NCBI GenBank assembly: GCA_002633005.1
Contig: NMRA01000023.1
Location: 1,557,097-1,621,096 of the forward strand
Reading direction: 5' to 3'
Source of the DNA: Phoronis australis
Taxonomy: Eukaryota > Animalia > Phoronida
DNA: 64,000 bases
Shown: piece by piece, positions 24,001 through 39,000 of the stretch
Layout: each line of letters starts with the position of its first letter
How positions within the stretch are numbered: position 1 is the first letter of the stretch
Notes under the pieces: model-generated
Seen by the model: the letters and a program-made list of their open reading frames with translations, nothing else
The model's database searches: none
Told to the model about the DNA's origin: nothing
Made by a program: the position numbers and the translations under genes

Positions 24001-27000
24001 AATACAGGCTTTCTACTTTCAAGAAATATATGCTTTAAAAATTTATGAAATCTATTATAGTTTTATAGGTTCAATACACAAATCTGTGAATATGGTCCTA
24101 CATAGCATTAAAGCACAGACCACATGGTAGACAAGCTATACTTAGCATGTTTTAGAGGACCGTGTGGTAGACAAGGTATGCATCTTCTCTAAGTAAACAA
24201 TCTTATCTTATTTTACCATATCACGAGCATTTTTAATAAGGAGATGAAAAGGGGAATATTCAACGAGGCCAACTACAGACAAAGAACACTTCAGGCCACT
24301 GGATTGCTAGACAGGATTATGGGATTATTTCAAAACGGATTTCCAAGATGTGTAAAATGCAATTTCATCTTAATGCAATCTGCCCAACCAAATTACACAC
24401 ATGGGTAATGACAGGAACACTGGTGTATGTTTCCACATGAATGAATACAAGCTGGTAGTAGCAGAAATACATTGATATGGCTGACACCGTGAGAAAATTG
24501 GCAACTCAGGCGAAATGAAGTGTGCAATGATAACTACATTCCGGTTTAACTTAACGATTCATGGCATACTTGATGGGCACGAACAAAAACATGTTAAAAT
24601 AAGTGGCTCTGCCTACGGTGTGCATAAAACAGCATGAAAAGAACAGAACACTGTGGAATTCTTCAACCAATCTTCAAGAAAATTCTAGAACTTCCATAAA
24701 TTTATTATTCTTAAATAATTAACGCCAAGCCTAACTGGACTTAATAAACAAATTTTGTACAAGATTGTAAATTACAAAGAAATTACAGTGTTATTTTTGA
24801 TCATTGTATATCATTCAACTTTATTTTCTCCACAAGTTTTACATTTCCGATAATTGTCGTTGCCAAGATTTCACTATTCAAAAAATGTGAAAAGCTGAAC
24901 AAGAGGCAAAAATCCTACAAATAACACATGTGACTTGGGGAATTTAAGTCGGCATGGCAATTTAAAGTTAGAATAACCTATTTGGCTGGAATTGTTTATC
25001 ACAAATAAACTTGATGTTTAGCAATGACCTCACATATCGCATGATCACAGTTGAACACTAGTAGACAATCCTTCTCTCTATCACTCTCTCTCTCTCTCTT
25101 CCCGTCCTTCACCTCCCTTACCCTCTCTCTAGCACCCCCTACCAGACTCCCTTACCCTCTCTCTAGCACCCCCTACCAGACATACCATAAGACATAATAC
25201 TGTTCCAAGCCACCATGATATCCTGGCTCCCATGAGACATGGGCTGAGAACTGGCGTGTGGTCACTGTCAGATTGCGGGGGGCATGCGGAGTAGTTACTG
25301 CAATCAAAATAACCATTTGTTAATGATCTGATCAAACCATATGTAAACGAAGCCCGACTTGTGGGGGAGGAAAGTCATGTTTATTTCAGGGAACTATTAA
25401 TAGTAATTCTCCATTTATTTCACACAAAAATAATTGCTAAAATTTTCCATTTTTACATTTATATACGTTACTGCGAATAATGGAAATTTTAACACGAGTT
25501 GCTTTTATGATATGTACGCAGCGCAAACCATGGTAGTTGTAGATTTAATAAAATTTTCTTAATTTTCATTTTTGTTGTGCACTAAATAAGTGAAGATTTA
25601 CTAAAAATTGTAAACAATCAGAATAATGTTTACACAGATATATACACAGTGCAACTTATTAATTACCCAATACATGATCGTTTGGTAACCAACATTCACC
25701 TCTGCCTGGATACCCGACAATGCACACCAACTGAATACAGTCGAATACCAGGCAATGACCTTGACACTATTTTTTCTAAAATGGTGGAGCGCCAGGGCAT
25801 GCTTAGGAAGCAGATGATAAAACGGTAAGCTCTACTGTGGCCGCATTTACAGCAATGTGAATTATATAGCATGAAACATTCAACCGCTTAATGAACCATA
25901 TAGCCCAGCATCAAAATGACAATATTGAATGGAAACCAGTGTCTTATTCGTCAGCATGGCGTGGAATACACATCATCTGCTAAGCTGGCTAATGCCCATT
26001 CAGCTGATTTATGTTGCGCAAGATGATACCAACAGAAGTTTCATTACACAAATTAGTTTATTACGCCTAAAATGCTCCATGTTTTCCGTTTCTACGCACG
26101 CCACATCATGGATGATGCTCGGGTTAAGCTCCTGTCTATAATGAGTAAACTGTCTTGTAGAATGCACCACATTACAAACGGTTTTTCAAATTTTGCCTGG
26201 GAAAGGCCTGCCACCACGCATGGGAGGATCTCACATTATACAATGCACTAGAGGTTGGTGTATATATGTATCAAAACATTTTAGAATTAATGATGTCACT
26301 ATGTCACCAACTCCAAGCAGTTTCAGTAAGTTTAGGTAGATAACAATAATGCAAAACTGTTGTTTGATAAATAAATCTGGTTTCCAACAGGTCCAAGTGA
26401 TAGAGCCACTTACATTCAATGATGAGTCGCGTTGACGTGACAACAGTTGTGACCACATTCTCAGCGATACACTCATAGCGGCCATGCTCAGCTTTGGTCA
26501 GGTCACTGATGGTCAGGTTGCCACTGACCAGTTTATGCTTTTCGGGAAGTTCAGAGGAGCCCACCTGAACAAAATATGAAAGGCATAAGAATATGTTCAA
26601 CGTCTTAGAAACCATACATGGAATAGAAACGCGGCACGAATGTATTAATATGCATTTAGCATGTGTTATCATAAACTGTGTTTGTACAGAGGAAACAAAC
26701 TGTTAATAGCAATAAACCAGCAAACCATGACATTCATTACACATGAAGACTTAAGACAAACAACTTATAAAATGAAAAATTAATGATGTTACCAATACGC
26801 TAGGCATGAGCTAGCCGCATGCCAGCTCGTCAGCTCGCCATTGGCGAATTCTGAGCGGCACCGGGGATGTTAGAACTAAGTCCAGTCGCCAACTTGTAGA
26901 ATGCTTTCGCAACTTGATAATAAAAATTAATTTCAGGAAACCTACTTGTGTGTCTAATCAGTCAGCTTGTTTTAAGTCACGCCGTTAACGACAGTCTTAC

Positions 27001-30000
27001 TACGATTCCGAGCCCTAAACGTAGCAACCAAATGTTGCATTTCATGTCCGTCACTACACCTAAAATCACTATTTTACTGCAACAAAATTTTCAACTGAGT
27101 AGGGGGTGCCAGCACTCTGGGTAACGGCGATTTCTCGCTTCATAGCGAGATCTCGTGTCAAGACGGCTGCGGCTAAAAGAAAGCAATGTGAAGTAAATAT
27201 CAATTTGTTACTTAATGAGTTTTATATATTAAATACTTAGTAAATCGTTTATTTTGCAAGCCACAAGTTATGTTAATGTTTCTGGACCTAAATCTCTTGC
27301 TGATCAAAATAACCACGTGGCTGGCATACCCCTGCCGTAGCACAGGGACAGAGGGTGAATCCCTGCCTATTTTAAGGTCAACATCAATGAAATGCGTAAT
27401 CCTGGGATAGGGGGAACTTCTGCCCAATTTTTAGGTCAATGTCATGCCCATGTGGCCAGCATACCCAGCCGTAACCTGGGGGTAGGGAGAAAGTATTTGG
27501 CTAATGATTTGTGAAAATGGTTAAAAGTTTTCAGACGCTTTAGCCATTATGGCAAATGCCTTTAAAAGTCTAGCGCGAGTTTAGAATACGTGTGCATATT
27601 TAAAATAAGAGGCACACCCCGGACTGAAGCAGGTAGACATTATCCAATGATCAGCCGACAAACTGTGGTCAAGAAGTCGGCCAGGTGACTGAATAATTTT
27701 AATTTTACCTTGGCCCTACGTTGAACTGATTGGTGATAGCCAACACTAACAAATGGTGAGCACAATTAAAATATCAGCTCAAAATTACTAACTTTTTACA
27801 CACGCTGAACTACACCTAACACATAAGACCTGGTTAGTGCTTACATCAAGTTAACTACCTACTACAAATTTCAAAAAATCTTAATCAAACGCCATGTGCT
27901 GTCATATTTAGCTAATTGCCCGCCAGCTCCACGAATTGTTTCTCAAATTAAATGCTCCAAACTGTCAGTAGCACTGGCATTGGAGCACTCACTAAATATA
28001 TGAATTAATAACTGACCTTTCTCCAACTCACAACAGGTGAAGGGTCGCCCGTGGCAACACAAGGAAAAGTGACAGACTGTCCAAGTTGTCTTTGGTATAT
28101 ATTGTCCGGCCTTACCAGGAAATAGGGCAGATCTAAAACAGACGTATTAAGTGTGATCTCAATAATCAACCGACAATTGTTGACAAACAGTAACACGTCA
28201 AAGGTAAGCGGGCAAAATGTTATGTAACATGAAGTCCCCGTCTGCTGAACGCGAGTGAGATTCATCACAATTCCTTATCAGATAAACGCAAGTGGAATTC
28301 ATCGTCATAGTAATGCCTTTTGTGACTTGGAATAGTGAGGAATTAAACGGGGAGAAATAAGAAAGAAAATTAATGCTTTTTATAATTAGGATTTTGCTGC
28401 AACGCCAAGACATGACAGGTCAAATCCATCACTTTCGTTTCAACAGGAATTAGTCACAGTGATTGGAAAAGAGCATTTTGTCAGAATTATTTGGGCTGTA
28501 CTAATAGAGCAGTTTCTCTCCAGAGAGTTGTTGTCATGGTAACAGTATTATTATCACCATGGTGACCATTTATTTCTGAACTTCATTTTCCAAGTCTGTA
28601 AGATTTTAAAAATATCATATTTATCTTTTTGGAAAAGTAAGTATAGAAATATGCACCTGCAAGATCTATCAACTGAAATATGCCATTAAGTTCTTCTCTA
28701 TTAAAATGCCAATTATTGAACTTAAATTTCAAAACAAAATACAATGAACACTTTATGCATGTGGTACATAATCTTCTTTTGTTAAAATTAATTATACATT
28801 TCCAACCTCAAAGATAACCCATTTTCTGGCATATTTCACAAACATAATTTATTAATCAAATCATGTTCATCAGGTAACCAAGTTAAATTATTGATGACTT
28901 TGGGTGATAATTGTCACACAAAACAGGTTATGACCTTTAAGTTTCAATACACAAGTTGGATTTAACAGTGATGATGGGGGAAGTCAGCAACAGTTTCTAC
29001 TGGCCAATAAATTACCTATATAAAAATTTGTTCATTATAGATCAAAAATACAGCGGAGCAGTAAAATGTTTTATTTTTAAAAATTACCTTCAGTTGAGAC
29101 ATCTAGATATTCCTGATCTAGTTTTGCATCTTTATATTTAAATTTTGCGACGCACCACAAAAATCGAGTCTTCAAATGACCCAAATTTTAATTTGCTTCT
29201 TTTCAATATTACTTCAAACCAAAGTTAGATAAAATAAGGATGAAACAAATCATTACACAAAAATAACACCAGATGGCACTAAATTCTAAATGCAACATAA
29301 GAGTGTTGACATAACTCCATTTTTGTGATGACGACAAACTAAATCAAAACATTCGACACTGGCTTACGTGTGAAATAGCATGTCCCATGGTAATAGTCAT
29401 ATTAGCAAGGTAATCGTCATTATCACTTGAACTGCGCTCAATATCTCTTTAACTGTTTGATGTTTGAAGATGACTTTGAACAGACACTTCAAAGAACTTA
29501 CATCATAAACTACATCAACTTATTTATGCTGATTGAAGTGGTGATACTCTGCTTACAGGCAGGCAGATGAGAATCAGACATTCAGTACAACTTGTTATGT
29601 AAACCAATAGTACAGTGCTTATTGTATGTCATATGTGGTAAGCTAAAGAATCAGGCATTTGCCATTGAGTAAAGCAACAGATTCTGAAAGAAGAATTGTT
29701 GAAGTCAGGAGCTGAGAACATTATCACATTTTTGGGTCTGGGATCGTAATGAAGAAGATTGTCAATGATTGTTTACATATAAGGCCTTTCCCACTGCCTG
29801 TCAATGGGAACACTTACCTTCGGTCTTGAATTGAAGTTAACAGTACAAGCTAACTCCAAAGTAAAAAGATGCATTTAGCAGCAAAACGTCGAAGTTTTGT
29901 TACAATGTGAACACTTAATTCAATGACATAGGAATTATCAGCAGGGTCACTGCCTTCATCTGCCAACAGCAGTGACTAGTTACTATTTGTTAATATTCTA

Positions 30001-33000
30001 TTTTGATTATCATTATTAGAACAGTATTATAAGCATTCTGTTTCAATTTATCCACATATTTGCTGGATTCTTTACATAAAAAATAACAGCACATATAGTG
30101 TACACAAAACGAGTTCCTGCCATGCCATACCGCCTTTGGATATTCTGTTACCCTGCTCAAGCACCAAATTTTTATATATATATATATAGATATATATCAT
30201 TTTCTAGTACATGATCATAGTCTCAACGTGCCAACCGTTGGCTGCCTTGTGAAGTTGACGCTCTAGGTTCCATCTGCAGAGAGGGAGAGGTCCCTACCAT
30301 TTTTGATGGCAAGCACTATCAAGATCATATGATCAAAGATCACAATGGTGTCACCTTGCGATAAATTCTGAACTATAACTCCGAAGATGATGGGAACACT
30401 GATGCTTAACTTCGCTGTTAACCACAGTTAACATCTGATTCAAAGCTTTGGTAGCAGCAAAGTTAAGTGTATGGTAAAGAGCCTGGAGACAACACCTGCT
30501 AAGTAATTCATGGTAGGGGCTCTTTGGGCTTTCAACGGTATGTACATCATTTATTTGACCAGTCAGCCAACACACTGGGGATGGATTTTGAAAAAAATTC
30601 CAGCACTTTAAGAATGAAAAAAGAAATAATTGATTGCATTTTGGGAAAGATATTTTGTTTTGCAGTCATACAATATGGTATTTTTAATGCAGCAAAACAA
30701 TCAACAAACATCATTGCGAATGTCATGCGTTTGTAAGCTGTGTCTTAGCTGTTATCTTTATACTAATTCTGTGGACAAAATCTGATACATAGTTCAGAAC
30801 AAGTAACATTTTATTTCAGTCACACTGGTCACAAATTGTGGAAGGTAGCAAAATTCAAACGAAGGCAACTGAGGTATTTTATCATTCTTGATTGATGGAC
30901 GACACTAACGAGAAATTAGAGGGAAAAATGCTGACCATACATTACGCCTTTTTGTAATTCAATTAAGCAGTCTCTTCAATTAACACAGTTACGGTAAATA
31001 ATTCAAGAATCTCCTCCAATGTAATACTTGACATTTTGGGATGGAAACATCTTGCATAATTCCATCACTGAATACCATGAACACAATAGAAGTGAATCTG
31101 ATCGCTGCTGTGAACACAATAGAAGTGAGTCTGATCACTGCTGTGAACACAATAGAAGTGAATCTGATCATTGCTGTAAACACAATAGTGAGTCTGATCA
31201 TTGCTGTGAACACAATTAATTAGTCTACAGCAAAAACTCTTCTGTTTAGGACACAAAATGGCGGACAGGTGAAATCCTTTTTCAGGAAGATTCACTTTAC
31301 TTTTAGCACAGTTTGTATGGCATAGCTATAACCGAACAATGTTTGATAAAATGTTGAGCATTTACAATAATGTGGTAAGCCTCTGTAATGGTGAAATAAT
31401 TATGGTAATTTTACCATTTTTCTGTTCCAAATTGCAAACTTTTTATCATAATACAAAAAAAGAAACTGCAGTCAGGCAGAAGTGCAGCACACCTGACTGG
31501 TTAAAATGATCAAAACAGAAAAAAAAATTGTTGCCACTTAAATTACATCAAAATAGTGACTTTCCCAAAATGTGTCAAAAAGCAAAGTCATCAGAATGCC
31601 ATGAGTAAACATGACACAACAAACCAATAGCCCAGGGAGAATTGAATAATAAAGACCTGCACTAAAGTGCTGTTTACATTACAAAAGTTGACATCGATCA
31701 GCTGACATGGAACGAGATGAGAGATGATCGAATGCAAGTATGTGTGTAAACAGGACTGACCTGGAGCAAATTGACACCGCGATGACAACTTTTGCCACCC
31801 ATTTGTGAGATAGAACAATTTGCTCCATGTCAACTATATGTCAACACGCAAAACTGTGGCAAGGCGTATGGGACCATCTCTATTACACTTGCACAAAAAT
31901 GCACATGTATGCAGGTTATCATTTCCGTGCAATTTTTATGATTTGTCAGTCAGCTGTTCAGTGCCAGCCTGACCACCATTTATTTTGTTAAGATATTGTC
32001 AGAAAATTTGTAAAATGTCAAAATTGTTTCCGTCGATTCTATGGAATCATGCACGGTGATGCAAGTTTACAAAATGACAAGATGACTCTCAAAACAGGCT
32101 CCAAATTTTTGCAAATGATATTTTCCAACAGAAGGTGGAACTTCAAAGCTGGCAGACTGCCAGTATTATGTACTGAGCTCATGCTGATGTTGAGTGTTCA
32201 AAGCGTTTTTGGCAGCATCGCAGCAGTTTTCCCGACGATCATTGAATTTTTAGCCCAATGAAGTACGAGGAGGCTTGAAATCATGTCTAGATGGCCTAGT
32301 GGAGCCGACACGACAGTCTAATTGAGACAACTAGGAATTAAACCATATCCACAGTAATAGCAAGAAATGTTCCCCAGAGCTATGAAACACCAAAATCAAC
32401 AGTTTTTTGTGATTTTAATACAAATTGCCAATTCCTGCCAATGTCTGCCAGACATTCGCTGAAATCAAGGCCAATGACTTTACTACCAAAATAACTAACA
32501 TAATCTGCAATCTGCCACTTATAGTGATGGATTTAGCTAGGCAAGCAGAGTATTAGATTGTGACCTCAAGGTTCCAGGTTCGAATCTGCGCTGAGGCAGA
32601 TTCATAAACCCCTTTCTCACCAATAATGTCCCAATAAACAAGAAAACCTCTCACCTCTGACTGTCACTTGTACGTTGTGTTCAGTTGAACCTTGACCCTT
32701 GTCACTGTATGGTATACATTTGTAGAAACCAGCATCGCCATCATTGATATTGATAATCTGTAGCGACCAATCTGGCAGTATGCGGTACTTCTTGCCTTGA
32801 GAGTTCAGTAGTTTACCATCTTTCCTCCACTCCACCATTGTGACAGGTGGGTTGCCCTTAGCAGGGCACGGGATCTTGTCGGTCAGGCCTCGGGGCAAAA
32901 ATTCACGTGGTACCTGCCCGTCAACGTACGCCATATCTGAACAAACAACAAAGAGGAAGACTAATGATAGTAACGAAGACATCGTAGCACGAGTGTTAAG

Positions 33001-36000
33001 TTGAGATACGGTCCCACCCAGGCCTCATATGCAGTCTCGTCGTAGTACGTGCGTTATGTTGTGCTACGGTCCCACCCAGGCCTCATGTGCAGTCTCCTGG
33101 TATTGTGCTGACCTAAACCACTCTATCACGTCAGCAACAAAATGCGATGACTGCCTTGCTCATGGCATTCCTTCACATCCACTGTAAAAACTCTGCACTC
33201 GGAAAAAAACGCCAACTTTAAGAACACCTTCGTAAAATATTAATAAACACAACTAATTAAATGTCACACAACCGTCAGGTGAGTGCATACTTTCGGCCAC
33301 ACAAAGGCACTCTGCACACAAACATATCAGTCAATTCACTAAAAAATCCTGCGTTAATATCCATCAACAAAAATTTCCTTCTGTCTAATATGAACTCCTT
33401 CCTAAGCCATTACAATTAGTCTCTGGAGTATTGTCATCTTCAATGGCATCTCTTAACCTTGGGTACAATAATTTTTTAATGACGGCCACAGATTGCAAGT
33501 ATGACGAGACACACCAATGTTCACACAAGTTACCAACTAACAGTCACATCTGAACCTTACCGTAGAAAAGCAGTATCCAATATTAGATTAAGAGCCGTGA
33601 ATTAAATAAACACAAAACCTGGCAAGCTGCTATTGGTCGGTTAGCGACAAATCGGATCAACAGGATCAGTCAATTGTGATGGGTAACTTATAAAATATAA
33701 ATCAAAAAATGGAATTAAGCATTAATTAACAAAAACTAGGTAAAGTAAACCAAAGAAAACTATGTGGTAACATTTCAGCAACATAAGGCATAATACAGAG
33801 GACAACTGAAAATCACCTCTTCACTTTCTCACAAAGATTAAGTACAATTAATATATCAGTGCATTAGTAGTCTGAATTTCTATTCTAACAGCAGAGAATG
33901 TTAGAAAAAATGAGGACTATAGCATTCACAATAATGATAGAAGTGTTTGAGTGTTCAAGGTCTGGACCATAGCATTCACAGCAATGTTAGAAGTGTTTGA
34001 GTGTTCAAGGTCTGGACCATAGCATTCACAGCAATGTTAGAAGTGTTTGAGTGTTCAAGGTCTGGACCATAGCATTCACAGCAATGTTAGAAGCCAATTG
34101 CAAATTTCTATTTTCGTCCAAAATTGAAGACCTAATCAAAATTTTACTTAGGTCAAATAATGTGACACCTGTGAGCAAAGCTAAATTATCACCTGATTTT
34201 TTAAACTAAGCAGAACTTTTCTTTTGGTATACACTTTATGGTAAAAGTAAATTTTACCATTTGATACAAAATCATTAAATGGTTGTATTAACACAACTGT
34301 AGTATACCAAATTATTTTCAAAATGTGTTCATTTACAAAATAAGTCTTTTAGAATCGAGATGAAGAAACACAGGTTGGCTTCCGAAAAATTCTCACTCTG
34401 GTCAACTCGCCCATACAGCCTCTAAACATTTGAAAAGGTTAAGAGAAACTAGTGCAATGCAGATTTATCAATACATCTACAAGAATTTTAATATGGCAAT
34501 GGCATACTTATTATCACCCATGTATTAAATTCACAATTATTAAAATGATGACATAATGCACAGGTAGGTTACGCTTACAAGAGACTTATTATGAACTTGT
34601 CATAAGACAACAAAAACCCTTCATGAAGAGAAAGCTTCAACCTTCTTGAAGTCTTTCCACATTTCATAAAATTAAGTGTCCACTTCCAACAAGAAAAGTT
34701 CGTATTTTCTGAATCCTTAATGACCGAAAAATCTCAATTCAGGACTTAAAACGTCGCGTGATTGTTTTTAATCAAATGACTGCCATTTTTGTACAAAATC
34801 AAATGGCTGCCATTTTGATGAAAATAGTCAAACCTTAAACTGCAGTCATTTTTCTGTTTGAACTTTAGATTTATTCTTAGGTACTGTCAATACATTGGTA
34901 AACGTGTTGGATTTTTTTAATTACCCTAAAAAACGGGCCTTCTTTTAAAAATGTCCCAAGTATTAATTTTGACAGATGACTGCTGTTGAGAGGAGAATAA
35001 AAAACATGAGCAGAAGATTGCTCAGCCATAGACCATAAAGTGTGCACTAAAGAGAAATCAGTGTACAAAACTAATAAAAGCCATGAAATTCAAAAGCCTG
35101 AAAATGTATGATTAAGATTTCCCTAGACAAGAATTGTAATTTTGAAAAACAATGTCAACAAATATTCATCATTAAATCTTAGTGACTTCGTTTAAGTCTG
35201 CATATTTAGCAAAATATTTGTAAAACTTTAGGTGTTAACTCAGTAAAAAGATAGTATTTTTCGAAAGAATTCAATTTTTTACTTTTTACCATTCTGCCAT
35301 TAATAGTGTAACATGATCATGTCGTTTAAATAAAATTATGGGAAAAAGGCAACATTTGTAGCAAAACAATGGAATTTTGTTTGATGTTAATGTTCAAGAT
35401 AGGATCTCAAAAAAATTGCTACACTTTTTAAAAATAATTTGCTTTTCAAAAATAATTGCAGACGGTCTGATATGCCCAGACCGCGCATGTGGGCCCATTG
35501 CACTAATCACCTGGAACCATTTTTATGCTTTATCAATATACAGTTAAAACCAAGCTGAGGACATAGAAACCTGACTCAAGGGTCTGGCAGTGTGACCCAG
35601 TGGGACTCCAGCCCACGACACTGAGTGAAGAAAGTGGGCACATATCAAACTAGGCCAGTTAAAATCGGCAATAATTTGCTTTCATTTTATGCGTTTTATG
35701 AAAATCATAAAAGTACAGTTTTTTGATAACCCCTCGTGCAAAAGTGAAACATTTTAAAAACAAAATTGGACTGTGTTTTGAGGAACTATGCATTAAAGTA
35801 TAGAATCTGAAACATTCACATAAATCCGATCAGGCATTTCTGTAACATGATGTTCCAAAATTAGCCAAATTTGGACACTTTTCTAATCTCCTACATAACC
35901 TTAAATTGAAGTTTCACATGAATCCTAGCAAAGGGTCGTTAGTGATGATCGTTGTCGAATAGCTTATTGACTTAACCAGAACTGTTTCTCTTCAAAAGGG

Positions 36001-39000
36001 CAAGTGGTTAGGCTAACTTACACCACGTAACAAGGTTAACTTCAGCTCATAATTGGCCAATGTGCTAATGACTTCAGTAGGACTACAGCCAGTCAATAAT
36101 AGACCAGTAATTTAAGTGGAACAGTTCTCAACAAAAACAAAGAAGGATGATTAGTTTTCTGCGAAACTGATAAAGGAAGTCTCTTCAACAAAAATTTTGT
36201 AACTCTTTTTGCACTCTTCAGCTAATAGTTTTAGTGATTTCAATCCGGGATGCATTCCATTGACGCATGACACTCAGGAGATTCCTTGTAAACTGAATGG
36301 GAAACTGGGAATACCATTTGAAGTCAGAGCTTACTACCACAATTAAAGATTGCCCAGTTGTTTCAGCGGCAGCTATTTTGCTAGTGCACACAAGTAATGT
36401 CCTAAGGTGGCATTGAACAGTTAGGCTGCGGCCGCGGCCAATTTGCACTTCCAAAACATTAAAATTTTGGGGTAGGCCAAGTTTGAGGGCATTTTGTAAG
36501 CAGGCATTGCATGTAGGCTGTAGGCTCAGTGAATGTGGTTTGTTTGTATTTTTGAACATGCTGAGAATGAAAAAAGGCCACTTTCTCGGCTGTAGCTGCA
36601 CTCTTCTTCAAGATGGTGGCCCCTGTTGCAATTGCTGTGTAGCAACCGTGAAATTGGCCATGATTTCAGGTAGCCCTCAAATAAACCAGATTTGAAAAAA
36701 CACTAGTTGGTTGACAGTGCATTTGGACCACATTTTTGGAATTGGTAGGAAATTTGCTTTCAGAATCTTATGTTGGCTTTAGTCGAGCATCGGCAGGGAA
36801 GTGGTGGTTTTGGGGTCAAAAGTGCCGATTTTGCATTTTTTTGCCCTTATTTTTCATAGTCTAGCTTGGTTTTCACTGGGAGTGAAAGGGTCAAAAATAC
36901 AAGAGAGTACAAAGTTTCTGTGCTCATCTGTAAGGCTTGTGATGTGAAATGACTCAAAACTTTTCTTTATGTGCATGCTGTTTTTGACGGAGTGAAGAAA
37001 GTGCGAAGAGTCCATTGACGTGTGTTGTGACAGGCATACCCCTTGAGAACTGTTCTGTGCCTCCTAAGCTTCTTGAGACACTAGACAATTGACCTATCAC
37101 CAGGATTTTGAGTGACGGCTTAACTGACCATTTAGATCGCAGCATTATTGACACACCTTCGTTTCCAAGCCGTCATTTTACCCGACAAACAATACGTTGC
37201 CGGGTAACACTTATTGTCTGTTACTCGACATTACGCAAGGGGGTGGAGCTTGCGATAGGTCAATTTACATGGTCCTGTATGATCTGGTTCTTCATGCAAG
37301 AACAAGCTCAGAGGAGCCTAGCCCACTACTCACATTTCATAACTGGGGGTCAAAGGTCACCTGGGACAAGGTCAACAACTGATGTACTTTTTGAGCCACT
37401 TTACTTACCACCAATATCAGAGTACTAAAAATGAATTACGAAAAAATTGTTCCAATTCTTGACAAAAGTAACTGCCAACGTTACACTTTTTTCATTTTCA
37501 AGGACATCTAACACTGTAGTGACTGCCTGCAAATATTGTCACATGGCAGCTGTGGTACAAATCTTGAATATGGAAACCATTTAATTTGGCGCTGCATGTT
37601 GCATTAAAAAAATAATAAAATACAATTTAACTTACAAACCATTTTGCTTCCTCAAGTATTGATTTCTTATAGTATTGTGCTTACAACATAAAGTTAATGA
37701 GAGGCACTGCAATTTTTGTTCTGTATTAGTATGCGTATCTGATTAATTAAGACTAACTCGGAGCCAAACTTAAAAGAAAAGCGAGATAATAGGGGTGCTT
37801 ATTAATTGCATTGTTGTGATTGCAGTAATGCTTACAGATATTCAGGCACTACAAATTGCCGATTTTAACTGCTCCTTTGTGACATGTTGGATCAATACTT
37901 TCTTCATCTAAAATGCCCATGAGTGGTCGTTTATTAAATCACACAAAAATTACGACAGTGTCATAAATTATTCAGTCTTTTAATTTTTAATTATCATCCC
38001 CATACAGGAATCAGTAATTGAGTTATAAATATCTTGAAGGTAACAGCACTAGACATGGCCCAATCAGATACTAACTTAGGAGTCATCTGTCAATTATTCA
38101 AAGTAACAGGTTATCAACATATTGATGAACACCGAATTTATGTAGGAAGGAATTGAGCCCAGCCCCCATTGCATTTGCACAGGACAAACAAAAATGATGC
38201 CAGTATGCAGTTCAACGATCTTATAAAGTGTTAAGGCAACACAAAGCGGGAGGAAAAACAAACTGCCACTAGGAAGTGCTATAATAGTTGAACCTGTCAG
38301 CAAGAACACACCTGTCAATTTCATAATGATCCTTCAAACGGTTTAGCTGGTACAGAGGCAGACTCCAAATACAGACTAATAAGTAATGAAAACTGCCACT
38401 AGGTGGTCACAAACTCTAAAGATTTGTTCAAAATTAGAAAGGTGGTATCGTCATCTCAATAGAGACACATCAGTACCCGAATTTACCGAAAATCCATCAA
38501 GAAACAAGGCAGATACAGAAACATGAAAAGTTTAATTGCCACTAGGGGGCACACCAGTAGTCGGACCAGTCTAAAAATTCCTGCCACACGTTGTCATGCC
38601 TGCCAAATTTCATGAAGATCCTACTAACAACTTTGTAGATACATTGGCGGATACAGGACACACAGACAGACAGACATGATGGCAATACAATCCCATGTCT
38701 ATATATGGGCGTATAAAAATCAACATTCTTGATTTTAGTAAATCACTAACTCCTAGTTTAATTGATAAAATACTGAATTTACTTGACATTTACATCAGGG
38801 AATAATTTGTTCAACAACCCTTGTTTGATATAGCAACAGCACGTTGAAATTAGCTGTCACAAAGTGCCACCTATAGTTTACATGTGATGAAGATGGAGAT
38901 TTAGAGAGTAGTATTTCACATCTTGTTTTAACATTTTTGGCTCATCAAACCATCAAATCAACACTTATGACTCATCAAACCATCAAATCAAGATTTTTGG

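Noticed and set aside
32937-32982. In-frame MSSLLSLVFLFVVCS leader before the Ig4 exon
   Set aside because: Only 15 codons and it coincides with the polypyrimidine tract, which naturally encodes F/L/V/S; no independent support.
35588-35657. tRNA-like segment on the minus strand
   Set aside because: A/B boxes too degenerate and no cloverleaf; at most a decayed SINE.
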